IMG/VR virus record: IMGVR_UViG_3300028610_001072
Coordinates: 37,524-101,523 of that record
Length of the DNA: 64,000 nucleotides
Origin: a virus
Reading direction: 5' to 3' (one strand)
Shown here: positions 9,701-19,754 of the stretch, piece by piece
Position numbering within the stretch: position 1 is the first letter of the stretch
How the letters are laid out: every line of letters starts with the position of its first letter
The notes under the pieces: generated by a model
What the model was told of the DNA's origin: nothing
Seen by the model: only the letters and a program-made list of their open reading frames with translations
Database searches by the model: none
Position numbers and translations under genes: made by a program

Positions 9701-11221
9701 GCCGCTGGGTGGCTTCGTAACCTTGAGGTTGAATGTACCTGAGCCAGTAGTTACTGCATTTGCAAATAATTCCCCTGCTGAAACTGCTATAACCTGAGTA
9801 CCACGGGTGACGGCCATCTCCTGAAATACAAACATCTGCGCGGCTATGTTGCCGCGAACCACAGTATTGTTGAACTCTGAATTACCGGCACCATCAATCT
9901 CCCAGCCTGTAGACCCGGAGACAAAATCTTCCATCCCTATGACTTTGCCAGCACCATCGATCTTGATTCGGTTCGAGGTTGCCCCCACATATATTAGGCC
10001 AAGGAAGTTCCCCGTTGTCGCTGTGAGCACTCCGCCCATTGTGACATTGAATGGAGCACTGCCTATGGCGGTGGCTCCAGCCCAGATTCCAGCCCCAGCC
10101 TTCATCTGGACCCTTGTGGCATCTGCTCCCGCATAAATTCCCTCAGTTGGGTCTAGGGTCATCCCTGCGGCACTTAGAACACTCCCTGACCATGTGAGTC
10201 CCGCCCCCATGCTAAAGCGGCCTGAAGCATCTGCGTAGAAGCCTGTATCGGCATTCCCGTAGTTACCAGCTCCCGCATAAATCGCTGTTGTAGCTTCTGC
10301 TGCGGTTCCAATGATTGTGATCTTGTTGCTATGGGACCCAACTGTCAAGGTCCCTAAGATGTATCCGGTGGTGGCCGTCAGTACCCCTGAAATCTCTACG
10401 CCGGTGGCATGGAGCGTACCATCCTTTTCTACTGCGTAGGCTGCCAGTGTGGGATCAGTCTTGTGGCCGATCCACTGCCGGTAGCTGGCATGGGTTGCAT
10501 CCATCCGAACAACATCATTGCCCGCCTGATCTCCCAGTATGATGTAACCAGCACTATTTAGTTCTGCATTGTTTTTCGACAGGCTTGAGGGGTTTGCGTC
10601 CCAGCCGGATAGAGTTGCCAGCGATACTGCCTGACTGTCTACCCAGTTGGCATGTTGATACCCGGTATCTTCGTTGCTTCCGCCGACACCATTGAAATAG
10701 GCATAGACCTTGATCGTGACATAATTATCCGCTGGTATCTTGATTGAGAAGTCCCGTGCTGCACTGTCAATCTTCCGGGATGGTGATGTGCCCGAAATCG
10801 CTTGGCTTGAACTTGCTCCATGTTCCCACCTGACCACAAATCCTTGATGTTTGTTCGTGGCGTCCGGTGTATAGGTCCATTGGATATAAGCATCTGACTC
10901 GATCCGGGTAATAACGTGAGTGATGGGAGCGGCCCCGTCGCCAAACGTACCAGATGGGGGAGTGTCATTAAGGAATTGTTCGCTGGACTCGAACTCTGAC
11001 ATATCCACGATCTCGATGCCGTAAATATCATCAGAATCAATAGTGTTCCGCCCGGAGAATAGAACGTTATATTTCCCTGTACCCGGCTCGACAAACTCCC
11101 AGTAGCCATCGGCTATCGAATGAGTTGTGTTAATCGTTGCGCCGGTGGTGAAATCCACCAGTGCAACAGCCACACCGGACAGGCCGCGAATATAGCCGCT
11201 AATATTCTCCCGCTGGGTCAC
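6782..11221 (-). CDS. Long tail fibre / receptor-binding protein with C-terminal C1q-like domain
   Basis: 1479 aa, Gly/Thr/Ala-rich beta repeats and HxH fibre motifs (NHDHGY, SHTHPY). C-terminus PAFLAY...VEFNTEVFDQGGDYNNGTDIFTAPVDGKYQLN is C1q/TNF-like. Confidence 0.85.
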   Translation of the reverse strand: MTQRENISGYIRGLSGVAVALVDFTTGATINTTHSIADGYWEFVEPGTGKYNVLFSGRNTIDSDDIYGIEIVDMSEFESSEQFLNDTPPSGTFGDGAAPITHVITRIESDAYIQWTYTPDATNKHQGFVVRWEHGASSSQAISGTSPSRKIDSAARDFSIKIPADNYVTIKVYAYFNGVGGSNEDTGYQHANWVDSQAVSLATLSGWDANPSSLSKNNAELNSAGYIILGDQAGNDVVRMDATHASYRQWIGHKTDPTLAAYAVEKDGTLHATGVEISGVLTATTGYILGTLTVGSHSNKITIIGTAAEATTAIYAGAGNYGNADTGFYADASGRFSMGAGLTWSGSVLSAAGMTLDPTEGIYAGADATRVQMKAGAGIWAGATAIGSAPFNVTMGGVLTATTGNFLGLIYVGATSNRIKIDGAGKVIGMEDFVSGSTGWEIDGAGNSEFNNTVVRGNIAAQMFVFQEMAVTRGTQVIAVSAGELFANAVTTGSGTFNLKVTKPPSGSNPLGSASFCVMDDGTNEVWFTPGAGTLTGGTHYNYTATWVAGAAHTFTIGTAIADYGISGQGGIILTADRTNAPYIDIFTHAGAPQSVLTTRVRIGNTKGFLGETNVRYGIAIGESTKYLKYNPTDGLIIRGDLTADTGYIGGPTGWTINTGYMASVSGSPPIGMSLNNTNAALITTLGSGFEVFYPSDPRMFLGNSTSFINWNNHPNTSEGADDEFYMKGDFTLDGTFIATASNVIQGGIFKTAASLQRIEMGGAGNNLIFYDDDGEVVIIDENIEGSGNSGMKIRNPLDANHYTNIYGGYIYAYNATRGNTAVFSNAFTNTTGSTTVVSASYSSADLDNYAKWRYAFYGSSTIQNNSSTSHGYGGWFHSLNSGSGENVAVYADAPIAAGASGDNWAIKTFRGDSLFQEDLYVTRHLILGGTAGANVNGAMRYTAGTPDKIEALLDSAWVSLTAGGGTVTSVGAGTGIIASPSPIIGVGTISADFGSTTGKVCEGDDARLSDARVPSSHQVTSHTGGAYTIGLRNAGSTGPYSALAIGINAVVGRNSSGFISLGIGAGSTQVARGNHDHGYLPLSGGTMAGSIDMDGYDIYDLNEVRTRGADGAGYRFWNSDDYSIHMSADGNGTWGGYITNTADYNMYFRMKSGTARGFVFMNATTALAQLTGTLGDLWLKGGLYVGNASTYGITSAGVGDFASILCAGAAAINGQASVGSLRIAGDSLASTPTEIDLVANTSTSKNSHTHPYIPNNAHVSMNGYNATFNSYTVPDEGANEGFMGPGNAWGLHHPYVAQGGYIAVELKIDDPFQLRTSGGTLLEQITTDGERTLPLNPAFLAYNSVTDSNKSVNTYHPVEFNTEVFDQGGDYNNGTDIFTAPVDGKYQLNTAVRIDSLDTGASNYRIYITTTKRRYQWIIDPNFTADLAQFTANISVTTEMDDGDTAFVEFYQSGGLPQSDIVGVTSNQTTVFSGFLAT

Positions 11222-11223
11222 TA

Positions 11224-11622
11224 TTACACTCCGCCAAGATCGATAAATACCGTGGCATCAGCGCCGGTTGTATCATGGGAATTATTTGTGAGTTTGATCG
11301 ATGTTATATCGGTATCCACCAACATGAACTGAGTCCCAGTCATGGTGATCTCACCGCCGCCATCATTGATCAATAGTTCAATCGTGGCATCTGTCTCGGT
11401 ATAGGTCGTTGGAAACACCGCCTTGATATACAGGAACTTGACTGTAGTGATCCCACCCAGACCTACTACGACATTAGCGCCAGCCTTTGCCAGTACAATG
11501 TCGGTCTTCAGGGGCATGGTCAGACCGGTCATGGCAATCGAGTAACTGCCTTGCAACCGTACATCACCAAGCTCGGCCCCTTCGGCTTCCATTGAATAGT
11601 TGATTTTTCCTATATTTTTCAT
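11224..11622 (-). CDS. Hypothetical virion protein
   Basis: Beta-rich 132-aa ORF within the tail operon. Confidence 0.55.
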   Translation of the reverse strand: MKNIGKINYSMEAEGAELGDVRLQGSYSIAMTGLTMPLKTDIVLAKAGANVVVGLGGITTVKFLYIKAVFPTTYTETDATIELLINDGGGEITMTGTQFMLVDTDITSIKLTNNSHDTTGADATVFIDLGGV

Positions 11623-11634
11623 CCCTACAGCTCC

Positions 11635-13626
11635 TTATAAATTCGCACCTTGGTTACTAAATTGTACTGGGGCCTCTGTGAGTCCTTCAGCATAGATAAT
11701 GAACAGGTCTGCCGTGAAGGCCGCTTGGACCGAGCCTGACTCGGCAGAATCATAACAATCGACTGTTACAAATCCAGCAGTGAACTCTGCCGTGGTCATT
11801 TCTACCTCAGCTTGCCCTGTTGCATTAAAGGTAATGTTCACGGATCCCGCTTCAGCATTATCACGATATATCCTGACCAGTCCCCGTGCGGAGTCGTTCC
11901 GGGCGAAAGTTTTGACATCTATCGCCAGCTTGACGATCTTGGCTGAGTTAGGCAGATATACCTGTTTCTGATACCGAGCCACCTTGCCGTCATCCGTTGC
12001 ATCGACACTGAGGTCCGGTGCTGGCAATACCTTTTCATTCGAGCGGATTATCGTACCACCGGCAATTGCGGACCCTTCGACTTCATTGGATACACTGTTA
12101 TTCGCCCGGCGAATCCTAACCCGGATACCTACCTCTGTTCCGGGTGATGTCGTAACAACGAATTCGCTATTGCTGGTTGAACCTACTTGGCTACTTCCCC
12201 AACGTGGCCGCTTCCCGTCAAAAGCCCAGCAATATTCAAATGCTGTGATCACTTCAGTCAGGTCCGCCCAGTCAACCAACACACCATCCGTAACAGGGGT
12301 CATGGTGATCAATGGCATGAGTACGCTATCATTGGCGTCATCATCCGAGCCTGCCCAGATGTTCCCCAGATTGGTGAATGCACTGGTGTTCTGGCTCAGG
12401 GAGTTATCCTTCGCCGCCACATACACATCATATTTGTCACCTATAGGAACTACAATCTTGACCTGAAGCTCGCTGAGGGAAGTATCGAAGCCCTGCAAGG
12501 TGTATTCCTGCGGATCGGCATTTGCTACCGTTGTTCCGTTTCGATACGTCAGCACTAGCTGGATAATGTACTCCCTGATCCCTGACGCATCGGTAACAGC
12601 TTCCCAGCGGGGAATGATGTTGACCGTATTGTTTGAAACTCCCAGCCCTGCATTTATGATCTGCTCTTGGGTCAGGCTGACCAGCACAGGGGCTGGTGGT
12701 GGAGTTATGTCGATCTGGCGCTGTCCCTTCAGTTTCAAAATAATATCGCCCCGCTTATCTATGATAGTCAGGGTCCCGCCGGTATTGCTGACCTGTGCCA
12801 GCCATAGTTCGTGCTGGTCGGCATCATTGATTGGACCCACTGAAGAGAGCTGGACAGTGATATTGTAGGAGTCGTCTCTCCGGGTGTATTCGGTGTCGCC
12901 CCCTGTAGGATAGCCACCTTCAAAGTTCCCAGTGACACTTTCCACACTGGCATATTCAATGATCACATCGTAATTGGCCGAGTCAGCGGGGATCGTATAG
13001 CCGCTGCCACCATTATAGGTATGTGGATATGCTCCCTCGCTCAGACCGAATATCTCATTGGTGGCATCGAGACTGGCGGGAGCCACGAATTCAACTTCCG
13101 AGCTGCCGCCGGTAGTAGCTGACTTCACTAAGATGTAGTCCCCGGATGTTATGGGATTACCTACTGAGTCTGCCCTGAATGCTATTGTCCCAAATCCAGC
13201 AGCATTGATAGCCGCTACTATTTCATCGATGGTGGTGGCCGCCGGGGTAGCTCCCCGGCAATCAATTTCGGCAGCTCCGGCGTCATCTACATCAATCTTG
13301 ACATTGTAATTTGTCGAGAGGTCGATGGGACTAGATAAGTCAACTGTTCCGATGTATTCACCGCTGGCCGAATCATCTACTGCGAGATAGAGCCGCTGCC
13401 CAAATTTGTCGTATCCAACTCCGGCCTTGACATTAATCACTCCGCCACCGGCATCGACCACCTGAAGGTCAGTATCCGCCAATGAATCAATGATCAAGCC
13501 GCCTTCTGTTGACATAATATCGACCAAGCGATCTGTCACGGCATCCGATGTTAAATCCCGATGAGTCTTGAAAACATTATCGGTTAGCCCTGTTGGGAAT
13601 AATGCTGATGGTATCTTGCCGCTCAT
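11635..13626 (-). CDS. Baseplate/tail-fibre attachment protein with FN3-like domains
   Basis: DITPPPAP...RWEAVTDASGIREY FN3-like repeats, and position after the baseplate wedge genes. Confidence 0.6.
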   Translation of the reverse strand: MSGKIPSALFPTGLTDNVFKTHRDLTSDAVTDRLVDIMSTEGGLIIDSLADTDLQVVDAGGGVINVKAGVGYDKFGQRLYLAVDDSASGEYIGTVDLSSPIDLSTNYNVKIDVDDAGAAEIDCRGATPAATTIDEIVAAINAAGFGTIAFRADSVGNPITSGDYILVKSATTGGSSEVEFVAPASLDATNEIFGLSEGAYPHTYNGGSGYTIPADSANYDVIIEYASVESVTGNFEGGYPTGGDTEYTRRDDSYNITVQLSSVGPINDADQHELWLAQVSNTGGTLTIIDKRGDIILKLKGQRQIDITPPPAPVLVSLTQEQIINAGLGVSNNTVNIIPRWEAVTDASGIREYIIQLVLTYRNGTTVANADPQEYTLQGFDTSLSELQVKIVVPIGDKYDVYVAAKDNSLSQNTSAFTNLGNIWAGSDDDANDSVLMPLITMTPVTDGVLVDWADLTEVITAFEYCWAFDGKRPRWGSSQVGSTSNSEFVVTTSPGTEVGIRVRIRRANNSVSNEVEGSAIAGGTIIRSNEKVLPAPDLSVDATDDGKVARYQKQVYLPNSAKIVKLAIDVKTFARNDSARGLVRIYRDNAEAGSVNITFNATGQAEVEMTTAEFTAGFVTVDCYDSAESGSVQAAFTADLFIIYAEGLTEAPVQFSNQGANL

Positions 13627-13641
13627 TGTTCTAATCCTTTA

Positions 13642-14949
13642 TTAATGTTGCTGATCCGGGCTGTAATCAATTTTAAGGACAACTGCGTAACGGGAGCCGT
13701 TTGCAGTGGCCTGTTTCCCAATCATTAAATCTCCAGAAGTTGAGTCTGCCCAAATATACAAATAATCATCTCCGGCAGAGGGCCTGAATCTCCAGCCCGG
13801 CAAAGTGCCTGCGCCTGATCTTCCACTCTCTGAATAAAATAGCCCGACAGCTAAATCGGCATCCGGTGTAACATCTTTTATCCCTGTTACTATATTATTA
13901 TCCTCTGCACCCCCCGGAATGCCCTTGGCTACGTCTGCGCCATCCTCTTTCATTCTGCCTAAGATGGTTATCATTCGATCTCGCCAGTTAATCGAATCAT
14001 CCAATGTAATAGCGTTTGTATCATTCGCCATCGCTTGGTCGGCCCATATCGTCCCACCGCCGTAGAGGTCCGGGTCTGGGGAGTCCCCCTGATTTAATGT
14101 GGATGTGCGGTGCCGGACGTTATCATTGATTGGAATCTTGCCCGCTTCAGCAGCCTCATTGGAATCAACAAGCTTCCCGGCCAGAGTTACTGAAATCTTT
14201 CCCGCTGCGCCTATTGTTGAAAGCTGGGGAATGTTCAGATTACCTGTCCCCACTTCCATGCCAAGTAAGGACGTATCTAACTGTCCTGCCGATGACCCTA
14301 ACTCGGGAATATCTCCAGCCACTTGGCCTACATCACGGCCATCTACCGAGTCGGCATCCTTGCCAGTCAAAGTAGCTGGTATATTAGAGAGCGGAAGATC
14401 ACCACTTGCATCGAGGATGGGAACATTCCCCGCTTCTGCACCTGCATGTCTTCCATCAACTTTATCGGCATTCAAATTCGTGACTACCGGCTTGGCCGCA
14501 TCAACTGACTGGCTGCTGTTGTCGGTTAGTATAGTGCCGGAACTATCCGCCTTGGCCGCCAGTGCTGCCCCGAGTTCCTGAATAGCTGCTTCAACATCCG
14601 TGCCGGAGATGTATGCACCGGCATCGACAATGGATACTTGTGCCGCTGCCATGCTATGCGGATCGGCCACACTATCAGCATGATCCTGTAGAGCTGTATA
14701 GCCGTGCTGGAATACCGCCTTGAAGACTCCCCCCACATAGACCTCGTATATGCCTTGAGGAAGAGCTGCTACCCCCCCAGCGGTTTCAATTTTATAATAA
14801 CCTGTGGCCCCTATTTCAGTTGTTGCAATGGCACCCCCCGGATAGGCATTTCCGTGCAAAACAAGTTCCACGGTTTCCCCGGTATCCAATCCGCCGGTGG
14901 AAAGGTCTATCAGTGGCAGGACTAAATTTGGTGACGCTAAAGTACCCAT
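13642..14949 (-). CDS. Short tail fibre-like protein
   Basis: NLNADKVDGRHA / KDADSVDGRDV fibre repeats and VPILDASGDLP repeats. Confidence 0.65.
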   Translation of the reverse strand: MGTLASPNLVLPLIDLSTGGLDTGETVELVLHGNAYPGGAIATTEIGATGYYKIETAGGVAALPQGIYEVYVGGVFKAVFQHGYTALQDHADSVADPHSMAAAQVSIVDAGAYISGTDVEAAIQELGAALAAKADSSGTILTDNSSQSVDAAKPVVTNLNADKVDGRHAGAEAGNVPILDASGDLPLSNIPATLTGKDADSVDGRDVGQVAGDIPELGSSAGQLDTSLLGMEVGTGNLNIPQLSTIGAAGKISVTLAGKLVDSNEAAEAGKIPINDNVRHRTSTLNQGDSPDPDLYGGGTIWADQAMANDTNAITLDDSINWRDRMITILGRMKEDGADVAKGIPGGAEDNNIVTGIKDVTPDADLAVGLFYSESGRSGAGTLPGWRFRPSAGDDYLYIWADSTSGDLMIGKQATANGSRYAVVLKIDYSPDQQH

Positions 14950-14960
14950 TTTCTACCTCT

Positions 14961-15950
14961 CTAATTGCCGATAGTCGGCAGTATTGTAATTGCTTTCTCA
15001 GCTTCGCCATAGCGTTGCTGGGTAGCCGTCAAGCCCTTCAGGATGAAACTCCTGAAAATATAATGATTAAAACTGCGATAAGTGGTCATTGTCAGGGTCA
15101 GCCTGAATTGGGCATATTGCTCCAGTTGCACTCCCTGTACCCATTGGTTCCGCTGGTACGGAGTCCATGCGTTCCAAGCTACTTCATCCGATGAAAACCG
15201 GACCTCGATCAGCACATCATGGTCTAAATCCCATGCTGCATAATCAGCCCAATCTACCAACCATTGATAGTTTGCGTAAGTGGCTCCCAGATCGATATTC
15301 CCAAAGGTGTATACTGGACTTTCATTCTCGGGGATTAGGGTGTTTTTATCATTGATAAAGCCCGTATTGGTAATCGTGAATGTTACGCCATCGAGCAGGT
15401 TTGCGTCCCTGATTGACTCATAGCCCCCACTCGCTCCATAAGCATCAATGGAGTCGATCCCCGCCTGAACATGCAGGGGCATTATTGCGCTCAATTGCGC
15501 CTCGAGAGATGCTTCCGTTCCGGGAGTATCATTCCAAAATTGAATCCATTCTGATCCCACACCGCCTAAAGCCCAACCGGTTCCAAGCCCTGATACCCCC
15601 AGTACAAATCTCATCTTCTGATTGTACGGAGTAACCTGTGCTATCTCCCGCCCTTCCCTTTCCAATCCCGCCTGTGTGCCACGTTCCTGATGGGTCTTAA
15701 TGGCATTCATTATGCGAATGCCCATGATCTTATCAGTATCGTTGTAATGGCGTACAAGGCCGTAATCTGCCGCAAGGGCATCCAACATCGAGGGATTGCC
15801 GTTTTCGATGGCAAGCCCGTCTTTGAACGTATCTGTGTCCAGATTAAGCTGATCTATCGCGGCTCCAATTGGGCCTAGCAGACTATCAAGGCGGGTGCCC
15901 CGGGTGATGAATGCCGGTAGTTTCGCTTTGATGTTGTCCAGTGTGCTCAT
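14961..15950 (-). CDS. Baseplate wedge protein (P2 gpI-like N-terminus)
   Basis: LDALAADYGLVRHYNDTD...RGTQAGLE; follows the baseplate J gene. Confidence 0.65.
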   Translation of the reverse strand: MSTLDNIKAKLPAFITRGTRLDSLLGPIGAAIDQLNLDTDTFKDGLAIENGNPSMLDALAADYGLVRHYNDTDKIMGIRIMNAIKTHQERGTQAGLEREGREIAQVTPYNQKMRFVLGVSGLGTGWALGGVGSEWIQFWNDTPGTEASLEAQLSAIMPLHVQAGIDSIDAYGASGGYESIRDANLLDGVTFTITNTGFINDKNTLIPENESPVYTFGNIDLGATYANYQWLVDWADYAAWDLDHDVLIEVRFSSDEVAWNAWTPYQRNQWVQGVQLEQYAQFRLTLTMTTYRSFNHYIFRSFILKGLTATQQRYGEAEKAITILPTIGN

Positions 15951-17020
15951 TACCAGTCCGTTATCTGTAGTGATGAAAAGCTGGGAAGTGAGTAATCACC
16001 AACAGTGATATTTGTCGAGGGACTGAATGCTGTTAGTGATACTTCATCCACGCCTAGAGTTGATCCCACTAATGAGTATAGGTCGGTCCAGTCAAGGTCG
16101 GTCCCCCAATCCCACTCCCTGTAGTCGAGATATAATCTGAGGTTCTTGGTAATCTTGCTGGTGACTTCTACCAACTCATATCCCGAAGCACGGCGCACCT
16201 GAGCAACGAGGGTGATGGCCGCCCAGACAATATTTGCACAAACTATCACTACTCCCAGTGGGGCCTTGCTCTGAATATAGTTTGCAATCTGGTCAAGGTC
16301 CGATGTCGTGAATAGTCCGGCGTTGGCCTTTACCAGATGAACCACGATTGTTTTATCGCTATAAGTTGGGTGTCCGTACTGGGGTCTCGCTCGGATTACA
16401 TCATCGCGGGCTTCCAATGCCCATGCTTCGTAACTGGCCTCAATCCCCTGAGATATTGTCGCCAACTGAATGATCGCCCGATTGCGGAGCTGTTCGTCAG
16501 CCTCAGCATTGTAGCCGCCGTCTGTGGGAGCAGCATTGCTTACGGCGGTCAAGCCGCTTACCTCGTCCACCATGACAGAAATTTCTCCGGCATTCACATT
16601 CCCTATCTCTCCTGCAACCGCTGCCTCAATATCCACGTCCACCCGCCCTATGGCCGGTACTGTGTCTCCCTCTGTAGTAACAAATCCAATCCCGTCAGGA
16701 GTTGCCAATTTCATGCCTGATGGAATCGCTGTTGTACTGGTGCCGGAAAAAGTTACAACCTTAGCTGCTTTCGTGGCCCCCCGCCGTATTATTGATCGAG
16801 GAGCTACCGCTGTATCGAGATCGGTCCCACTGGCATAGATGATCCGAGCTGAGCGATAGACCTTGTAGAGATTGTAGTACACTTGGGCCAGTATCGCTGC
16901 AATTGAATTATAGATACTTCGCATTACCCCCCCCTGATTGAAATCGGTGAGGTCTGAATTATTATTCCGCGCCCACTGGATCATATCAGCGAGAATTTGT
17001 TTGCGTGTTTTGATTATCAT
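15950..17020 (-). CDS. Baseplate J-like protein
   Basis: LTDFNQGGVMRSI, ASGTDLD, AGEIGNV...GGYNAEADEQLRNR are typical gpJ motifs. Confidence 0.9.
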   Translation of the reverse strand: MIIKTRKQILADMIQWARNNNSDLTDFNQGGVMRSIYNSIAAILAQVYYNLYKVYRSARIIYASGTDLDTAVAPRSIIRRGATKAAKVVTFSGTSTTAIPSGMKLATPDGIGFVTTEGDTVPAIGRVDVDIEAAVAGEIGNVNAGEISVMVDEVSGLTAVSNAAPTDGGYNAEADEQLRNRAIIQLATISQGIEASYEAWALEARDDVIRARPQYGHPTYSDKTIVVHLVKANAGLFTTSDLDQIANYIQSKAPLGVVIVCANIVWAAITLVAQVRRASGYELVEVTSKITKNLRLYLDYREWDWGTDLDWTDLYSLVGSTLGVDEVSLTAFSPSTNITVGDYSLPSFSSLQITDW

Positions 17021-18267
17021 GTCAACCTCAGACTTGCCTCTAAGTCAGCCTCTGTTAAATGGTTCACGGGTGTAACCTGATATTTCACCTTGAAGGCATC
17101 CTGCTCCCTTATTGCAGTAATCCCTGTAACGGATGCAATTCGAGGGTTGGTCATTAATGCCCGTTTTATTTCTGTTGAAATCATCTCCCCCGCTATCCGG
17201 GGAACGGCTCCGTTGCTTATCTGTAGAATCCTGTTGCCATACTCCGGGTCTTCGGGGATCGCTCCCGCCGGTGTTTGGATAATATTGTCGAGTGATTGGA
17301 ATAAGTTGGCTGTGTGCTGGTTGAGAACCAGATCGCCGCCTTGAACTTCGAGATCGTTGGTCAGGTCCCGCCCCAGAACCTTAACCCCGCTCTGTGAATC
17401 CAGCACAAAATTATTTGCCAGCCTCGCGTTGTTTGTTGGTTCTGAATAGGGTATCGAGAGCTCGCGTCCGTTCCAGTCGTCTGCAAATATATCTGATGGA
17501 GTCAGGTCGTTGAATTCCATGATTAGCGGAGCTTTATCTGCATCTCCTAATTCTCTTTGGGCCACTCGTTCTAATGACTCCCCGGTGCGGATAAATACTT
17601 TTTTCACCGGCACTTCGATCTTGTTTGTATTGCTATCGGTGGCCGTCCGGTAATATGCCGGTATGTTGAATAAGGTCTCAAGTTCCAGCCGGAGATTGTC
17701 CAGTATATTGAGCAGTCCATATAGGTTAGTCGTCGCCGGTGTTGCCCGTGTCTGAAGGCTCAGCCTACGTGCGCCGGTTATGTCGGGATTAAGTTCGGCT
17801 CCAGTGCGGTGCGCCCATGCCAGTAGGTCTTCTGTTCGACTTTCCCTACTGTCAAATTCCGCATTGGTATCCTTGACCTGATTGTCCACAAAATTGTATA
17901 TGTTCCTCACCAATTTCAGGGCTTGGGTGATATTATCCATCGATGTAGCTACCCTGCGAAGAGCTTTGCGGGTCTCCTCAATTACCGTCGAGTGCCGGGG
18001 GGGATTAGTTGTCCCAAACAGAGCTTGATCATCGAATGGATTCAGCGATCCCGGTGTCTCAAATATGTTAATTAAATCCCTGAAGAGCTCCCCGCTGCCA
18101 TAGGCATGAATATCTTTTTCAGCATCTCTAATCTTGAGCAGCAGGACTTGTAATTGAATGAATCGTTTCCTGACTCCTGCTCGGACAATAGTAGCTGCAA
18201 AATTGTTAGAGCGAATCGGGTCACGGCTTTCCATCTCTTTAGTGATCTCAATCTCGAGAAAATTCAT
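17017..18267 (-). CDS. Baseplate protein: LysM-like domain plus C-terminal gp25/gpW-like domain
   Basis: GESLERVAQRELGDA (LysM-like) and TPAGAIPEDPEYGNRI...ALMTNPRIASV (gp25-like). Confidence 0.7.
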   Translation of the reverse strand: MNFLEIEITKEMESRDPIRSNNFAATIVRAGVRKRFIQLQVLLLKIRDAEKDIHAYGSGELFRDLINIFETPGSLNPFDDQALFGTTNPPRHSTVIEETRKALRRVATSMDNITQALKLVRNIYNFVDNQVKDTNAEFDSRESRTEDLLAWAHRTGAELNPDITGARRLSLQTRATPATTNLYGLLNILDNLRLELETLFNIPAYYRTATDSNTNKIEVPVKKVFIRTGESLERVAQRELGDADKAPLIMEFNDLTPSDIFADDWNGRELSIPYSEPTNNARLANNFVLDSQSGVKVLGRDLTNDLEVQGGDLVLNQHTANLFQSLDNIIQTPAGAIPEDPEYGNRILQISNGAVPRIAGEMISTEIKRALMTNPRIASVTGITAIREQDAFKVKYQVTPVNHLTEADLEASLRLT

Positions 18268-18857
18268 AAGACTACATTCCCTAGATTGTTGATTGTATTC
18301 GAGACGGTTTGCGTTACCTGCTCAACCACGCTCCCAAGTATTACATCCTCGAGAGGGCTGCCTGTGATGGGACGCAGAACGGTTGACTTAACCGTATAGG
18401 TCCAGAGCATGTTTCTGGATATGCTCTCCCCCAGTGACATGCTTATCAATTCGACCTCGAGGAAATGCTGTGACACATGGCTCATCAACCAAACTTCCGG
18501 TAATTCCCCGTCGTCATCCCTCTCATGGGATAAATCGACCAGCCATTCCAGAAACTGTATCCAGCCAAATCCGTTATATAGCCCCCCGTTAAAATAGCCC
18601 TTCGTGTTATATCCGAAGGTTCCACTTATATCGAAAGGACTGGGGGCCGGGCCAAAGTCATCCACCCAACCGCCTTCCTGAGTAGATGTTACGGTTGTTA
18701 AATATTGCTTGAGATATGTCAGTGTCTCAGGCATTACCGGGAACTGCATGATGACTGGCGTTGCTATCCCGAGTATCTTCTTCCACACTATCAGCGATAG
18801 CATATTCGGCGGCTGTCGCTCGTTCACACCGTAGACCAGTGGCGGCAAGAGGGGCAT
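18264..18857 (-). CDS. Tail tube initiator / baseplate protein
   Basis: FPVMPETL...TQEGGWVDDFG...ISGTFG pattern and gene position. Confidence 0.6.
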   Translation of the reverse strand: MPLLPPLVYGVNERQPPNMLSLIVWKKILGIATPVIMQFPVMPETLTYLKQYLTTVTSTQEGGWVDDFGPAPSPFDISGTFGYNTKGYFNGGLYNGFGWIQFLEWLVDLSHERDDDGELPEVWLMSHVSQHFLEVELISMSLGESISRNMLWTYTVKSTVLRPITGSPLEDVILGSVVEQVTQTVSNTINNLGNVVL

Positions 18858-19078
18858 TACGATACCTCGCAATCAATTGTTTTTAAATTCTTCGTCACTA
18901 CTATCTGCCCTGTAGCATTCGTAACCACTTCACCCGCTGGGACCTTTACCTCGAGATTGACTTTTAGATAATCTACAATGGCCCCTGCCATGAGTTCTAT
19001 TGCGTCATCTTGGTTGTCCGGCTTGCCCGCCATCGCGGTAAGCATCGCACTTTTTAATCCGTCCTTCGAGATACCCAT
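18857..19078 (-). CDS. Hypothetical baseplate-region protein
   Basis: 73-aa coupled ORF. Confidence 0.5.
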   Translation of the reverse strand: MGISKDGLKSAMLTAMAGKPDNQDDAIELMAGAIVDYLKVNLEVKVPAGEVVTNATGQIVVTKNLKTIDCEVS

Positions 19079-19079
19079 C

Positions 19080-19754
19080 TCATGCCTTCACGTTTTTATT
19101 CCCAATGGAATGCTTGGCCCCTGTAATTATGCAGACAGGCAGATTATTCACCAACAACTTTGTCAAGTTATCCCCGAGCTCGACAGTAGCGCCATCTACT
19201 TTCGCGGTGCCTTTGGCAACGGCACTTATATCACCATCGGCTGTTGCCGAGATATTCCCCTTGGCCGTCACCGTTGCGCTCCCATCCGTACCCACATACA
19301 CATTCCCATCTGATATGATGGTTGTATCACCGGCGGCCTCGATGTTGATCTTACCCTCTTTCCCCTGAGCTTTTATGTTCAGGCTTCCCAATTCCCCCGA
19401 TAGGGTGAGGGTTAAGTTGCCGTTGGTATCAGTATGCACCTCAATCTTGCCTGTCACTTCAGTAAGGATACCCTTATCATCTCTCGGACCAACTTCGTGG
19501 ATCAGATGAATGTCGTCTCGCTCTGAACCTTCAATCCGGGGATCGCCGTGGAGCAGTACCTTGTCGAGCACTACCGGATTGTCGTTGCTCTCGATGTATC
19601 CAACCAGCACATAATCGCCCGGCTGGAGATTCCAATACACCCGGCCAGCAATTTTCACATCAGGGATTATCTCACTGGTGGATCGGAACTCAATATCAAC
19701 GCTATGATGAGCTGGGTTGACCTTTACGACTTTGGCATCTCGGAGCACTATCAA
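19080..19754 (-). CDS. Baseplate central spike (gpV/gp5-like)
   Basis: N-terminal OB fold (LQPGDYVLVGYIES..PVVL), beta-helix repeats (ATVTAKGNISATADGDIS) and a C-terminal CIITGAKH tip. Confidence 0.8.
   Translation of the reverse strand: MIVLRDAKVVKVNPAHHSVDIEFRSTSEIIPDVKIAGRVYWNLQPGDYVLVGYIESNDNPVVLDKVLLHGDPRIEGSERDDIHLIHEVGPRDDKGILTEVTGKIEVHTDTNGNLTLTLSGELGSLNIKAQGKEGKINIEAAGDTTIISDGNVYVGTDGSATVTAKGNISATADGDISAVAKGTAKVDGATVELGDNLTKLLVNNLPVCIITGAKHSIGNKNVKA

Noticed and set aside
6782-11221. Diversity-generating retroelement or invertible tail-fibre cassette
   Set aside because: No reverse transcriptase, invertase, template/variable repeat pair or inverted crossover sites were seen in the window.
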